DNA of 44,117 nucleotides from an uncultured Gammaproteobacteria bacterium (GCA_903921135.1 CAIXOY010000310.1:1-44117); one strand, 5' to 3'. Counted from the stretch's first letter, positions 1-10,715 are shown. The notes: a model not told the origin generated them from the letters alone. Program-made: numbers and translations.

Positions 1-1275
1 CAACACGGCTGCGTGCGGCTCGAGGATCCCGAGTTGCCCGGGTGTGAGCGGGAGCACCGGATCCAGCAGCGCATTCAGTGCGAGCGCCGCAGCCAGTTCG
101 GGATGCCGGCACCCCGCGCGCAGTGCAGGGTCGGTTTCGTGGCGGTGAGTTGGGGGCGCCTGCGGTGAACTGAACTCGAGCGGGCCCTCGTCGGGAATCA
201 CATCCTGCGCGCCCTGCACGGGAGCAGCGGCCAGCGACACCGTGACGTCCTCGTCCTGATCGAAAGACAGCGGTTGCGGCTCCTGCGCCGGAAACTCCCC
301 ACCCCAGGAGGGATCGAGCGCGCGAATGCGGTCGGGAAGCGGCGGATGTGTGGCGAAGAGTCCGAGAAAACGGCTGCGCACCGCCTGCGCGAAAAACAGA
401 TGACTGGCCGTCTCTGCGCGCGGGTTGCTGATCAGCCCCTGCGCACTCAGGGCGCCGATCTTGCGCAGCGCGCCGGCAAGGCCCAGAGGATTGCGCGTGA
501 ACTGCACCGCCGAGGCATCCGCCAGATATTCGCGCTCACGCGAGACGCCCGCCTTGATGAGCCGACCGAAAAACACGCCCACCCAGCCGATCAGCAGCAG
601 CGCGAGCCCGAGCCCGAGAAACAGCAGGCCGCTGTTGTCGCGCGAGCGCGTCCGGCGCGAGGAGCGACCCATGCTCTCCAGCAGCACGCGCCCCGCAAGC
701 GCGATGAACAGGATGCCATGCAACACCGCAATCAGACGCAGGTTCAGGCGCATGTCGCCGTTCAGCACATGGCTGAATTCGTGCGCCACCACGCCCTGGA
801 GTTCATCACGCGCCAAGAGGCGCATCGAGCCCTCGGTGATGCCGATCACGGCATCCGCACTGGCATGGCCCGCGGCGAAGGCGTTGATGCCTTCTTCAGG
901 CAACACGTATACCGGAGGCACCGGCACGCCGGCGGCCAGCGCCATTTCCTCCACCACATTCAACAGACGGCGTTCCGCGGGTTCGGTGCTGGCGGGGTCG
1001 AGCAGGCGACCACCGAGCATCTCGGCAATGGCCTTGCCACCGCTAGCGAGTTGCAGGTGTTTGAACAGGCAGGCGAGCGCGATACCGCCGCAGACCACGG
1101 CGGTGACGATCAGGAAAAGTTCGGGATTGACCCGACCCTCCGGCGACAAGGCCCCGAAAGCCACCGCCACCGCGAGGTTGGTGAGCACCACGAGCGCGAT
1201 CACTGCCGCGCTGAACAGCAACAGCAGGCGCGTGGTGTTGCGCCGCGCGCGATCCTGCGCGCTGAAGAAATCCAT
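1..1275 (-). CDS. M48-family (HtpX-like) zinc metallopeptidase, 3' end outside window
   Basis: Absent from the ORF track because it runs off the left edge. My reverse translation from ATG 1275..1273 stays open for all 425 codons to base 1: MDFFSAQDRARRNTTRLLLLFSAAVIALVV... It has N-terminal hydrophobic segments, the zinc motif HEFSH (783..769) and a downstream SREREYLADA. It starts 24 nt after the lemA stop. Confidence 0.8.
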   Translation of the reverse strand, partial: MDFFSAQDRARRNTTRLLLLFSAAVIALVVLTNLAVAVAFGALSPEGRVNPELFLIVTAVVCGGIALACLFKHLQLASGGKAIAEMLGGRLLDPASTEPAERRLLNVVEEMALAAGVPVPPVYVLPEEGINAFAAGHASADAVIGITEGSMRLLARDELQGVVAHEFSHVLNGDMRLNLRLIAVLHGILFIALAGRVLLESMGRSSRRTRSRDNSGLLFLGLGLALLLIGWVGVFFGRLIKAGVSREREYLADASAVQFTRNPLGLAGALRKIGALSAQGLISNPRAETASHLFFAQAVRSRFLGLFATHPPLPDRIRALDPSWGGEFPAQEPQPLSFDQDEDVTVSLAAAPVQGAQDVIPDEGPLEFSSPQAPPTHRHETDPALRAGCRHPELAAALALNALLDPVLPLTPGQLGILEPHAAVL

Positions 1276-1299
1276 GGCAGCGCTAACCGCCGCCAGGGC

Positions 1300-1893
1300 T
1301 CAGAAGGACACCTTGGGTGCAGCTTCGAGTTGCTCGCGTGGCTCCGCGAACTCGAGCGGCGCGGCATCCGAGGCATGGCCGAAGCGTGCGGCCAGCACGT
1401 TGTTCGGGAAACTCTGGCGATACGTGTTGTAAGCCAGCACCGCATCGTTGAAGGCCTGCCGCGAGAAGGCCACGCGGTTCTCGGTGGAAGCGAGTTCCTC
1501 CGAGAGCTGCATCATGTTCTGGCTGGCCTTCAATTCGGGGTAAGCCTCGACCGCGACGTTCAGCCGCGCAAGCGCGCTGCCCATGGCGCCTTCCGCTGCA
1601 CCCAACGCCTTCAACGCGTCGGCGTCACCGGGATTGGCCGCTGCGCGTTGCAGCCCGGCAACGGCACCGGCACGTGCTGCCGTGACCGCATCGAGCGTGC
1701 CGCGCTCGTGCGCCATGTATGCCTTGGCGGTTTCGACGAGGTTGGGGATGAGATCGTTGCGCCGCTTCAGCTGCACATCGATCTGCGCGAAGCCGTTGCG
1801 GTAGCGGTTCGCGAGGCTCACGAGCGTGTTGTAGATGCTGACCGCCCACAGGGCGAGCGCCACCACGATGCCAAGGAAAATCCAAGTACCCAT
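1300..1893 (-). CDS. lemA: LemA family membrane protein
   Basis: 197-aa ORF. N-terminal TM (WIFLGIVVALALWAV) followed by LemA-like sequence YNTLV...QIDVQLKRRNDLIPNLVETAK. GGAGG lies 5 nt upstream of ATG 1893. Confidence 0.9.
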   Translation of the reverse strand: MGTWIFLGIVVALALWAVSIYNTLVSLANRYRNGFAQIDVQLKRRNDLIPNLVETAKAYMAHERGTLDAVTAARAGAVAGLQRAAANPGDADALKALGAAEGAMGSALARLNVAVEAYPELKASQNMMQLSEELASTENRVAFSRQAFNDAVLAYNTYRQSFPNNVLAARFGHASDAAPLEFAEPREQLEAAPKVSF

Positions 1894-1932
1894 GCAAACC
1901 TCCGTGAAGGGCGTTCAGAACGTGACGCCCGG

Positions 1933-1960
1933 ACTATAGGCCTGCGTCCCGCCCTTGGAA
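1933..1960 (-). promoter_or_regulatory. candidate sigma70 promoter for lemA-M48 operon (TTCCAA-N16-TATAGT)
   Basis: On the minus strand, TTCCAA (1960..1955), a 16-nt spacer, then TATAGT (1938..1933). This is about 40 nt upstream of the lemA ATG, in the 81-nt gap after the kinase gene stop. Motif match only. Confidence 0.3.
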
Positions 1961-1974
1961 ACAGCGCCAGTGCC

Positions 1975-3018
1975 TCAGAGCACCAGTGCCGCGGCCCGAT
2001 CGAGATATCTTTCCACCAGTGCCGCGGCCTTTTCAGGTACCGCGCCGCGCATGCCGCCACCCGCGCCCTTCAACAGCCGCGCGTAGACGCCCTCGACGAT
2101 GCAGGCCTGTTTCCACCAACCGAAGGCCAGATGGAAATCGCGCTGCGAGAGGTCGAAGCCCGTGATGCCCGCATAACAGGCCTCGACCTCAGAGCGGCGC
2201 GGAAACTGCGGCAGGCGCGTGGGCGGATCGGGCAGCACACAGAGATCGTCGCCGGGCTCGGCCCAGTAGAGCAGTGACCAGAAGAAATCCGCCACCGGGT
2301 CACCGAGGGTGCAGAGCTCCCAGTCGAGCACGGCAAGCAGGCGGTGATCCGCACCCAGCACCGTGTTGTCGAAACGGTAATCACCGTGCGCAAGCCCGGG
2401 CCGCAGGGTTTCAGCAGGGACCTGACGCGCCAGCGTGTCGTGGATGCGCGAGAGCAGCGGAAGTTCTCGCACCGGTGCAGCCTGCACCTGCTTCATCCAG
2501 CGGGCCAGCTGGCGTTCGACGTAGCCGCCCGGGCGAGCGAAACCCTCGAGTCCGATCGCGGCGGGATCGAGCGTGTGGAAGGCCGCCTGCGTGGCGACCA
2601 GCGATTCCATGGCGGTGCGCGCAGCGCCGGCATCCAGCGCCGAGGCCGCCGCCGCGTCGCGCAGGATCAGGCCGTCGACGAAATCCATGACGTAGAAACG
2701 CGCACCGGTGACGCTCTCGTCCTCGCAACACGCCAACACGCGCGGCACCGGCACACCCGTGGGATGCTCGCCCAGCGCACGCAACACACGCCATTCGCGC
2801 TGCATGTCGTGAGCGGTGGCAAGGCCGCTCTTCGCGGGCGGGCGGCGCAGCACACGCAGCACACCGTGCGCGTCTTCCATGCGATAGGTGAGGTTCGAGC
2901 CACCAGCGGCGATCAGCCGGAACGAAAAAGGCGGTGCGGCATCAGGCAGGTGCGCGGCGAGCCACTCGTCGAGGCGCGGGCGCTCGAGGCCGCGCAGCGT
3001 CTCGGGCTCTGCTGCCAT
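1975..3018 (-). CDS. APH/choline-kinase-fold phosphotransferase (ACAD10/11 N-domain-like, LvaA-like)
   Basis: 347-aa ORF. Catalytic loop LAHGDYRFDNTVL (HGDxxxxN) and metal-binding loop AVLDWELCTLGDPVADF. Its ATG is separated by only 3 nt from the stop of the upstream acyl-CoA dehydrogenase gene. Confidence 0.85.
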   Translation of the reverse strand: MAAEPETLRGLERPRLDEWLAAHLPDAAPPFSFRLIAAGGSNLTYRMEDAHGVLRVLRRPPAKSGLATAHDMQREWRVLRALGEHPTGVPVPRVLACCEDESVTGARFYVMDFVDGLILRDAAAASALDAGAARTAMESLVATQAAFHTLDPAAIGLEGFARPGGYVERQLARWMKQVQAAPVRELPLLSRIHDTLARQVPAETLRPGLAHGDYRFDNTVLGADHRLLAVLDWELCTLGDPVADFFWSLLYWAEPGDDLCVLPDPPTRLPQFPRRSEVEACYAGITGFDLSQRDFHLAFGWWKQACIVEGVYARLLKGAGGGMRGAVPEKAAALVERYLDRAAALVL

Positions 3019-3021
3019 GAA

Positions 3022-4341
3022 TCAGGCCCGTCCTTCGCGAATCCGCGCCACACGCTCTCCGAAGAGTTCGCGTGCACGGCGGCGCAGCGAGGGCATGTGT
3101 TCGGTGGGCACATCCACAGGCTTGCGACCCGCGAGCAACTCGCGCGCGACCGTCTGCTTGTGGACCTCGTCGGCGCCGTCGGCGATGCGCAGCGCGCGGG
3201 CCATGCGGTACATCTCCTCGAGCGGGAGGTCGGTGGTGTAGCCCAACGCGCCATGCACCTGCATCGCGCGATCAATGATGCCGAGCAGGGTGCGCGGCAC
3301 CACGAATTTCACCAGCGCGATATCGCGGCGTGCGGCATGACCGTGCGCACCTTCGCGGTCCATGGTCCAGGCCGCGCGCAGCACCAGCAGGCGGCTCATC
3401 TCGAGCTCCGCGCAGGACTCCGCGATCATCTCCTGCACCAGTTGCTGCTGCCCCAGCAATTTGCCGCGCGTCGTGCGTGAGGCTGCGCGCTCCAGCAGCA
3501 TCTCGAAGGCACGGTTCGCCTGCCCGATGCAGCGCATGGCGTGGTGTATGCGGCCGCCGCCGAGGCGCTTCTGCGCCAGCACAAATCCATCCCCCGGCGA
3601 GCCGATCATGTGATCGAGCGGGACACGGCAGTTCTCGAAGATCACCTCGGTGTGGCCGCCGATGCGATCCATCAGCGCGCCTTCATCCGCGGCGTAGGGG
3701 TGATGCATGGTGCCCACGTCCCGCACGAGGCGCACGCCCGGGTGGCGGCAGGGCACCACCAGCATGGCGGCGCGGCGGTGCGGCGGCGCGTCCGGCTCTG
3801 TCACCGCCATCAGGATCATGAAATCGCTGACGCTGGCGTTGGAGGCGAACCACTTGTGGCCGTCGATCACCCAGTGATCGCCGTCGCGCACGCAGCGGGT
3901 GGTGATGCCGGTGGGATCCGAGCCGCTGTTGTGCGGCTCGGTGAGCGCGAAAGTGCTGCGCACACGGCCCGCGAGCAGCGGCTCCAGCCAGCGCTCGCGC
4001 TGCGCGGGCGTGGCGCCCACGGCAAGCAGCTCGGCGTTGCCCGAATCCGGCGCCTGGCAGCCGAAGATTTCCGGCGCGAGCACGCTGCGCCCCAGCACTT
4101 CGTGAATCAGGGCCAGCGCGAGCTGCCCCTTGCCGCCACCACCGTGCTCCGGCGGCAGATGCGGCGCCCAGAACCCGCGCGCCTTCACCTCGTCCTTGTG
4201 CGGTTGCCAGAGCGCGTCCAGCTGTTTCTGGTTCAGTCCCTCGCCCGCCACTTCCAGCGGCAGGATCACCTCGTCAACGTACCGGCGAATCCAGTCGAGC
4301 TCTTCCTGCAATGCGGGGTCGGTGCCGAAATCCCAGCTCAT
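3022..4341 (-). CDS. acyl-CoA dehydrogenase family protein (FadE2/ACAD10-11-like subgroup)
   Basis: 439-aa ORF with ACAD-type sequence (FALTEPHNSGSDP, HKWFASNA). The C-terminal RIADGADEVH sits where classical ACADs carry the YEGT catalytic-base motif. It starts 27 nt after the ilvD stop. Confidence 0.9.
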   Translation of the reverse strand: MSWDFGTDPALQEELDWIRRYVDEVILPLEVAGEGLNQKQLDALWQPHKDEVKARGFWAPHLPPEHGGGGKGQLALALIHEVLGRSVLAPEIFGCQAPDSGNAELLAVGATPAQRERWLEPLLAGRVRSTFALTEPHNSGSDPTGITTRCVRDGDHWVIDGHKWFASNASVSDFMILMAVTEPDAPPHRRAAMLVVPCRHPGVRLVRDVGTMHHPYAADEGALMDRIGGHTEVIFENCRVPLDHMIGSPGDGFVLAQKRLGGGRIHHAMRCIGQANRAFEMLLERAASRTTRGKLLGQQQLVQEMIAESCAELEMSRLLVLRAAWTMDREGAHGHAARRDIALVKFVVPRTLLGIIDRAMQVHGALGYTTDLPLEEMYRMARALRIADGADEVHKQTVARELLAGRKPVDVPTEHMPSLRRRARELFGERVARIREGRA

Positions 4342-4368
4342 GCTGCGCCCTCCGGGCCGCTCAGGGTG

Positions 4369-6045
4369 TCAGTCGCCGTCGAGCACCGCGCCGCGGCTGG
4401 CGCTGGAAGCGTTCCGCGCGAACTTCGCCAGCACACCACGCGTGTAACGCGGCGCCGGGGCGCTCCACGCTGCGCGGCGCCGTGCGATCACGTCTTCGGG
4501 CACGTCGAGATGCAGCAGCAACTGGTGGGCGTCGATGACAACGCGATCACCCTCTTCCACCAGCGCGATCAGGCCGCCGGCGTAGGCCTCGGGTGCGACG
4601 TGGCCCACCACCATGCCCCAGGTGCCACCCGAGAAACGCCCGTCCGTGACCAGGCCCACGCTCTCGCCCAGGCCCTGCCCGATCAGCGCACCTGTGGGTG
4701 CGAGCATCTCGGGCATGCCGGGCGCGCCCTTCGGCCCCAGATAACGCAGCACCATCACATCACCTGCCTTGATGTTGCCCGCCATGATCGCGGCCAGCGC
4801 GCTCTGCTCGTCGTCGAACACGCGCGCAGGGCCGCTCATCACGGGGTTTTTCAGGCCCGTGATCTTGGCGACGCAGCCCTCGGGCGAGAGGTTGCCCTTG
4901 AGGATCGCCAGATGGCCCTCACTGTAGATGGGGTTGGACACGGTGCGGATCACGCCCTGGTCCGAGCGAAGCGGCGCTATCTCCGCAAGGTTCTCGGCGA
5001 CCGTTTTGCCGGTGATCGTCATGCAGTCACCGTGCAGCAGGCCCGCTCCCAGCAGTTCTTTCATCACTGCCGGAACGCCACCCGCGCGGTGGAGGTCGAC
5101 GGCGAGGTAGCGGCCGCTCGGCTTGAGATCGCAGAGCACGGGCACCTTGCGACGCACGCGCTCGAAATCGTCGATGCTCCACTCCACCTCTGCCGCGTGC
5201 GCGATGGCGAGGAAGTGCAGCACGGCATTGGTGGATCCACCGGTCGCCATGATCACGGCCACGGCGTTCTCGATACTCTCGCGCGTGACGATGTCGCGGG
5301 GCTTGAGATCACGCGCCACGGCCTCGACCAGTACCTTCGCAGCGCGCGCGGTGCTCGCGACTTTCTCGTCGTGCACGTTGGCCTCGGTGCTGGAGTACGG
5401 CAGGCTCATGCCGAGCGCCTCGAAGGCCGAGCTCATGGTGTTGGCGGTGTACATCCCGCCGCAGGAACCGCTGCCCGGAATCGCGCGGCGCTCGATCTCG
5501 CAGAAATCTTCCTCGCTCATCTTGCCGGCGCTGAACTGGCCCACGGCCTCGAAGACGCTGACGATGTTGAGGTCCTCGCCCTTGTAGCGACCGGGCAGGA
5601 TGGTGCCGCCGTACACGTAGATCGAGGGCACGTTGGCGCGGAGCATGCCCATCATGCCGCCCGGCATGTTCTTGTCGCAGCCACCGATCACGAGCACGCC
5701 GTCCATCCACTGCCCGCCCACACAGGTCTCGACGCAGTCGGCGATCACCTCGCGCGAGACAAGGCTGTACTTCATGCCCTCGGTGCCCATCGCCATGCCG
5801 TCACTGATGGTGGGCGTGCCAAACACCTGCGGGTTGGCGCCGGCTTCCTTGAGTGCATCGACGGCGGCGTCGGCCAGGCGTTGCAGGCCGGAGTTGCAGG
5901 GCGTGATGGTGGAGTGGGCATTCGCCACGCCGATCATCGGCTTGCCGAAATCGCCTTCGGTGTAGCCCATGGCGTAGTACATGGAACGGTTGGGCGCGCG
6001 TGCGACGCCCTCGGTGATGTTCTTCGAGCGGCGGTTGGAGGACAT
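4369..6045 (-). CDS. ilvD: dihydroxy-acid dehydratase
   Basis: The ORF track gives 699 aa. Conserved sequence begins at the internal [28 protein letters not shown] (ATG 6045, AGGAGA about 9 nt upstream), giving 558 aa. Motifs CDKNMPG and TDGRFSGGT are present. Confidence 0.93.
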   Translation of the reverse strand: MSSNRRSKNITEGVARAPNRSMYYAMGYTEGDFGKPMIGVANAHSTITPCNSGLQRLADAAVDALKEAGANPQVFGTPTISDGMAMGTEGMKYSLVSREVIADCVETCVGGQWMDGVLVIGGCDKNMPGGMMGMLRANVPSIYVYGGTILPGRYKGEDLNIVSVFEAVGQFSAGKMSEEDFCEIERRAIPGSGSCGGMYTANTMSSAFEALGMSLPYSSTEANVHDEKVASTARAAKVLVEAVARDLKPRDIVTRESIENAVAVIMATGGSTNAVLHFLAIAHAAEVEWSIDDFERVRRKVPVLCDLKPSGRYLAVDLHRAGGVPAVMKELLGAGLLHGDCMTITGKTVAENLAEIAPLRSDQGVIRTVSNPIYSEGHLAILKGNLSPEGCVAKITGLKNPVMSGPARVFDDEQSALAAIMAGNIKAGDVMVLRYLGPKGAPGMPEMLAPTGALIGQGLGESVGLVTDGRFSGGTWGMVVGHVAPEAYAGGLIALVEEGDRVVIDAHQLLLHLDVPEDVIARRRAAWSAPAPRYTRGVLAKFARNASSASRGAVLDGD

Positions 6046-6170
6046 GGACTGCGGTCTCCTGGGGGATACGACGGTGGTCAGGGGCGCAAGCGGCACTGCC
6101 GCGCGGCGCGGAGTGCGAAGGTTAAGGCCACGGGGCGCGGGTTGCCACGGCTGCGGCCATGCCCGCGAAC

Positions 6171-6542
6171 CTAAACCACTTTCAGCAGGGCATGGATGAT
6201 CGGCAGATTCGCCGCCGGAAAACACCCAGGGTTCATCGCCTCCGGCCGGAGCCAACCGATCGGTTGGCCGTCCTGATGCGCGGGTTCGCCCGTGTATCCG
6301 CTGACCGTCCAGACCTCGAGCCGCACACGGCGATCCGGGTAGCTGTGCTCGATGTCGATGAGAGGCGCGGCGTCCGTCACGACGATCGCGAGTTCTTCCT
6401 CGAGCTCGCGACGCAAAGCCTCCTGCACGGTCTCGCCCGCATGGATCTTGCCGCCGGGAAACTCCCAAAGCCCACCCTGGTGCAGGTGCGCGTGCCGGCG
6501 GCTCACCAGCACCTCGCCGCCCGCGTTCAGGATCACGCCCAC
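6171..6542 (-). CDS. mutT: 8-oxo-dGTP diphosphatase (Nudix hydrolase MutT)
   Basis: 123-aa ORF with Nudix box [24 protein letters not shown]. From memory it aligns end to end with E. coli MutT. GTG 6542 is the only canonical start in the open frame; see the finding on the start. Confidence 0.85.
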   Translation of the reverse strand: MGVILNAGGEVLVSRRHAHLHQGGLWEFPGGKIHAGETVQEALRRELEEELAIVVTDAAPLIDIEHSYPDRRVRLEVWTVSGYTGEPAHQDGQPIGWLRPEAMNPGCFPAANLPIIHALLKVV

Positions 6543-6577
6543 GGCGACACGCAGCGTGGCGGGCAGAGCCTGCGTGC

Positions 6578-7804
6578 TCAGCTGCGGTACTCCGCGTTGA
6601 TGCGCACGTAGTCGTGCGAGAGGTCGGATGTCCAGACGGTGGCGGCTACATCGCCCCGGCCAAGCGCGACGGAAATCGTGATGTCCTCGGCGGACATCAC
6701 ACGCTGGCCCGCTTCCTCGGTGTAGGCGGGATCGCGCGCGCCGCGGCTGGCGATGCGCACACCGCTGATGGACACCTCCACGCGCGAGACGTCGAGATCA
6801 GCCACGCCCGCGCGGCCCACCGCCGCAAGTATGCGTCCCCAGTTGGGATCGCTCGCGAACAGGGCAGTCTTCACCAACGGCGATTCCGCCACGGCGTAAG
6901 CCACTCGCCGGCATTCCTCGCGGCTGAGGCCGCCGCTCACCTCGACCGCCACGAACTTGGTGGCGCCCTCGGCATCGCGGATCACGGCCTGCGCCAGTTC
7001 GATGAAGAGCGCACCGAGCGCCTCCTCGAACACGGCGAGCCGCGGGTCTGCCGGATCGAGCAGTTCGACATGCGCCGCCATGCCGGTAGCAGCCAGGATG
7101 CAGGCATCGTTGGTGGAGGTATCACCGTCCACCGTGATGGCGTTGAAACTGGCATCCACTGCGCGCGCGAGGGCGGCCTCGAGCAAGGGCTGCGCGATCC
7201 GCGCATCGGTGGCAACGAAGCAGAGCATGGTCGCCATGTCGGGCTTGATCATGCCCGCGCCCTTGGCGATACCGGAGAGCGTGACCGGCACGCCGTCGAG
7301 CACGATGCGCCGGCTCGCGCCCTTGGGGCGGGTGTCGGTGGTCATGATGCCTTCGGCTGCGATGTCCCAGCCGTTCTCATCGAGCGCGGCGAGCGCATCG
7401 GGCAGGCCTGCAACCAGCCTCTCCACGGGGAGTTGTTCGCCGATCACGCCGGTGGAAAACGGCAGCACGGCCTGCGCGGGAACGCCTGCGAGTTGCGCCA
7501 GCGCAGCACAGGACTCCTGCGCCGCGCGCATGCCCTGCTCACCGGTACCGGCGTTGGCATTGCCCGTGTTCACGAGCAGAAGGCGTGGTTCGCCGGCAAC
7601 CGCGGCGAGGTGTTCCTTCGCCACCGTGACCGGGGCGGCACAAAAGGCGTTGCGCGTGAAGCTGCCCGCCGCACGCGTGCCGGGCGCGAGTTCGAGTACC
7701 ACGAGGTCGCGTCGCCCGGGCTTGCGGATGCTGGCACGCGCCGTGCCCAGACGCACACCCGCGACGGGCTCCAGCGGAAAATGCGAGGGGGCCCCAACGG
7801 CCAT
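6578..7804 (-). CDS. argJ: bifunctional ornithine acetyltransferase / N-acetylglutamate synthase
   Basis: 408 aa. ArgJ autoprocessing region [17 protein letters not shown] lies 6 nt upstream of the ATG, 21 nt after the secA stop. Confidence 0.95.
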   Translation of the reverse strand: MAVGAPSHFPLEPVAGVRLGTARASIRKPGRRDLVVLELAPGTRAAGSFTRNAFCAAPVTVAKEHLAAVAGEPRLLLVNTGNANAGTGEQGMRAAQESCAALAQLAGVPAQAVLPFSTGVIGEQLPVERLVAGLPDALAALDENGWDIAAEGIMTTDTRPKGASRRIVLDGVPVTLSGIAKGAGMIKPDMATMLCFVATDARIAQPLLEAALARAVDASFNAITVDGDTSTNDACILAATGMAAHVELLDPADPRLAVFEEALGALFIELAQAVIRDAEGATKFVAVEVSGGLSREECRRVAYAVAESPLVKTALFASDPNWGRILAAVGRAGVADLDVSRVEVSISGVRIASRGARDPAYTEEAGQRVMSAEDITISVALGRGDVAATVWTSDLSHDYVRINAEYRS

Positions 7805-7825
7805 GATGCGTCCTCCGGGGAAAGC

Positions 7826-10582
7826 TCAGTCGGCGCCGGCCACGAGGCCATGGCACTGCTTGTACTTCTTGCCCGATCCGCAGGGGCAGGGCTCGTTGCG
7901 GCCCACTTTGCGCGTTTCCCGCACGAAGGTGGCCACGGGTTCGGGCTGCGGCGGCGGGGTTTCTTCGGACGGATCGGCCGCCAGCGCGCTCGCCTCTGCG
8001 TGGGTGAACTTCGCCTTGGCCTGCTCGCGCTCCTGCGCCTCGCGCTGGGCGCGTTCGAAATCCTCGACCTCCTGCTCGGTACGGATCTGCACCTTCGACA
8101 GGAAACGCGTGACCTCGTACTTGATGTTGTTCAGCAGTTTCTCGAAGAGGTTGAAGGCCTCGCGCTTGTACTCCTGCTTGGGGTTGCGGTTGGCGTACGC
8201 GCGCAGGTGGATGCCCTGGCGCAGCGCATCCATGGCCTGCAGGTGTTCCTTCCAGAGGGTGTCGAGCACCTGCAGCATGATGTGACGCTCGAGCTTGTGC
8301 ATCTCGGCGCCGAGCGGAGTCATGCGCCGCGTGTACTCCTCGGCGATGGCGGCGACCACGCGCTCGCGGACATGGTTTTCCTCCAGCCCCGACTCGGTCT
8401 CGAGCCAGTGGGCGATGGGCAGTACCACGCCGAACTCGGCCTGCAGATGCTGTTCGAGGCCGGGAACGTTCCACTGCTCTTCGAGGGTTTGCGGCGGAAT
8501 GAACTCATCGATCACGCCGTTCACCACGTCAGCGCGGATGCGGGTGATGGTCTCGCTCACGTCGTCGGTGCCAGCGAGCAGATCGTTGCGCTGCTGGTAG
8601 ATGACGCGGCGCTGGTCGTTCGCCACATCGTCGTACTCGAGCAACTGCTTGCGGATGTCGAAGTTGCGACCCTCGACCTTGCGCTGTGCTTTCTCGATGG
8701 CATTGGTGACCATGCGGTGCTCGATGGCCTCGCCCCGCTGCATGCCGAGCGCCTGCATGAAGCCCTTCACCCGCTCCGAGGCGAAGATGCGCATCAGGTT
8801 GTCTTCGAGCGACAGGTAGAAGCGCGAAAGACCCGGATCGCCCTGACGGCCGGAGCGGCCGCGAAGCTGGTTGTCGATACGGCGTGATTCGTGGCGCTCG
8901 GTGCCGATGATGTGCAGGCCACCGGCGGCGAGCACCTTCGCGTGACGCTCGCGCCACTCGGCACGCATGCGCTCGACCACGGCGGGGTCCGGGTTCTCGA
9001 GGCGCGCGATCTCGGCCTCCACGTTGCCGCCCAGCACGATGTCGGTACCGCGGCCAGCCATGTTGGTGGCGATGGTGATGGCCGAGGGGCGGCCGGCCTG
9101 CGCGATGATCTCGGCCTCGCGCTCGTGATACTTGGCGTTCAGTACCTCGTGGGGAATGCCGTTCTTCTTCAGGAAGCCCGAGAGCTCCTCCGATGTCTCG
9201 ATGGAGGCGGTGCCCACCAGCACGGGCACACCTTTGGCGGTGCACTCGCGGATGTCGGCGACGACAGCTTCGAACTTCTCTTCCTTGCTGAGGTAGACCA
9301 GATCGTTCAGGTCCTTGCGGATGGCGGGACGGTTGGTGGGAATCACCACCACGTCCAGACCGTAGATCTGCCGGAATTCGAAGGCTTCGGTGTCGGCGGT
9401 GCCGGTCATGCCCGCGAGCTTGCCGTAGAGCCGGAAATAGTTCTGGAAGGTGGTGGAGGCCAGCGTCTGGCTCTCGGCCTGGATCTTCACTCCCTCTTTT
9501 GCCTCGATGGCCTGGTGCAGGCCCTCGGAGAGGCGCCGGCCCTGCATGGTGCGCCCGGTGTGCTCGTCGATCAGCACCACCTGCCCGCCCTGCACGATGT
9601 ACTCCACGTCCCGCGCATAGAGGTGGTGCGCACGCAGAGCCGTGTTCACGTGGTGCAGGAGCCCCAGGTTCATCGCGTGGTAGAGGCTCTCTCCCTCGGG
9701 CAGCAGGCCCTCGGAGATCAGGCACTGCTCGATGAACAGGTGGCCTTCTTCGGTGAGTTCGATCTGACGGAGCTTTTCATCGACCAGGAAGTGGCCATCA
9801 GGCACGGATTCGGTATCGCCCTCCGGCAGCGGCGGCGCTTTGCGCATGCGCGGCACAAGAGTGTTGATGTGCTTGTAGAGCCGCGAACTGTCTTCGGCAG
9901 CGCCCGAGATGATGAGCGGGGTGCGCGCCTCGTCGATCAGGATGGAGTCGACCTCGTCGACGATGGCGAAGGCGAGCTTGCGCTGCATCTTGTCATCGAG
10001 GCTGAAAACCATGTTGTCGCGGAGGTAGTCGAAGCCGTACTCGTTGTTGGTGCCGTAGGTGATGTCGGCGGCGTAGCCCTGGCGCTTGGACTCCTGATCC
10101 TGCTGCGGAAGGATCACGCCCACGCTCATGCCGAGGAACGCGTAGACGGGGCTCATCCACTGCGCGTCGCGCCGGGCGAGATAGTCGTTGACCGTCACGA
10201 CGTGGACGCCATCGCCCGTGAGTGCATTGAGGTACACGGGCAGGGTCGCGACGAGGGTCTTGCCCTCGCCGGTGCGCATCTCGGCGATGCGCCCCTCGTG
10301 GAGCGTCATGCCGCCGACCATCTGCATGTCGAAGTGCCGCAAACCCAAGGTGCGCCGGGAGGCCTCGCGCACTGCCGCGAAGGCCTCCGGCAGCAGCTGG
10401 TCAAGCGTCTCGCCGGCGGCGAGGCGCTCGCGGAAACGGGGCGTTTGGGCCCGCAGTTCCTCGTCGCTCATCGCCTGGAAGCGCGGCTCGAGCGCATTGA
10501 TGGTGGCCACGGTGCGGCCCATGCGCTTGAGTTCGCGATCGTTCTTGGTACCGATCAGTTTGCGTAGGAGCGAAAGAACCAT
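7826..10582 (-). CDS. secA: preprotein translocase ATPase SecA
   Basis: 918 aa. N-terminus [20 protein letters not shown], motor motif [10 protein letters not shown]-terminal zinc finger [14 protein letters not shown]. Confidence 0.98.
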   Translation of the reverse strand: MVLSLLRKLIGTKNDRELKRMGRTVATINALEPRFQAMSDEELRAQTPRFRERLAAGETLDQLLPEAFAAVREASRRTLGLRHFDMQMVGGMTLHEGRIAEMRTGEGKTLVATLPVYLNALTGDGVHVVTVNDYLARRDAQWMSPVYAFLGMSVGVILPQQDQESKRQGYAADITYGTNNEYGFDYLRDNMVFSLDDKMQRKLAFAIVDEVDSILIDEARTPLIISGAAEDSSRLYKHINTLVPRMRKAPPLPEGDTESVPDGHFLVDEKLRQIELTEEGHLFIEQCLISEGLLPEGESLYHAMNLGLLHHVNTALRAHHLYARDVEYIVQGGQVVLIDEHTGRTMQGRRLSEGLHQAIEAKEGVKIQAESQTLASTTFQNYFRLYGKLAGMTGTADTEAFEFRQIYGLDVVVIPTNRPAIRKDLNDLVYLSKEEKFEAVVADIRECTAKGVPVLVGTASIETSEELSGFLKKNGIPHEVLNAKYHEREAEIIAQAGRPSAITIATNMAGRGTDIVLGGNVEAEIARLENPDPAVVERMRAEWRERHAKVLAAGGLHIIGTERHESRRIDNQLRGRSGRQGDPGLSRFYLSLEDNLMRIFASERVKGFMQALGMQRGEAIEHRMVTNAIEKAQRKVEGRNFDIRKQLLEYDDVANDQRRVIYQQRNDLLAGTDDVSETITRIRADVVNGVIDEFIPPQTLEEQWNVPGLEQHLQAEFGVVLPIAHWLETESGLEENHVRERVVAAIAEEYTRRMTPLGAEMHKLERHIMLQVLDTLWKEHLQAMDALRQGIHLRAYANRNPKQEYKREAFNLFEKLLNNIKYEVTRFLSKVQIRTEQEVEDFERAQREAQEREQAKAKFTHAEASALAADPSEETPPPQPEPVATFVRETRKVGRNEPCPCGSGKKYKQCHGLVAGAD

Positions 10583-10715
10583 GGGCTGAGGAGTTCCAGC
10601 GCGACCAACAGGCCGGGATGTGGGAGTCAGGGAGGCCCCGGAAGGGGCAACGCGGCAGGATTATAACCCGGGGATTCCGGGACGGGCGGGCAGAAATGCA
10701 GACCGACAGCGCGGC

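Noticed and set aside
274-2277. 667-aa plus-strand ORF (and the nested 425..1432 ORF) covering the first 2 kb
   Set aside because: It lies antisense to the clearly homologous M48 peptidase, lemA and kinase genes. The composition is Arg/Ala/Gly/His-rich and low-complexity with no recognisable motifs. This is a typical open antisense frame in high-GC DNA.
3541-6174. 877-aa plus-strand ORF spanning the ACAD and ilvD loci
   Set aside because: It is antisense to two well-conserved genes and crosses their intergenic gap. Its Arg/Ala/His/Gly-rich sequence has no domain signature. High-GC artefact.
6614-10567. 757-aa and 558-aa plus-strand ORFs opposite argJ and secA
   Set aside because: Same reasoning. 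SecA and ArgJ on the minus strand are unambiguous, and the antisense products are low-complexity with no motifs.
10659-10664. Perfect TATAAT on the minus strand about 75 nt upstream of secA, considered as the secA promoter
   Set aside because: There is no acceptable -35 (GCCCGT at 17-nt spacing) and no TG extension. A single hexamer match is too weak to report as a feature.
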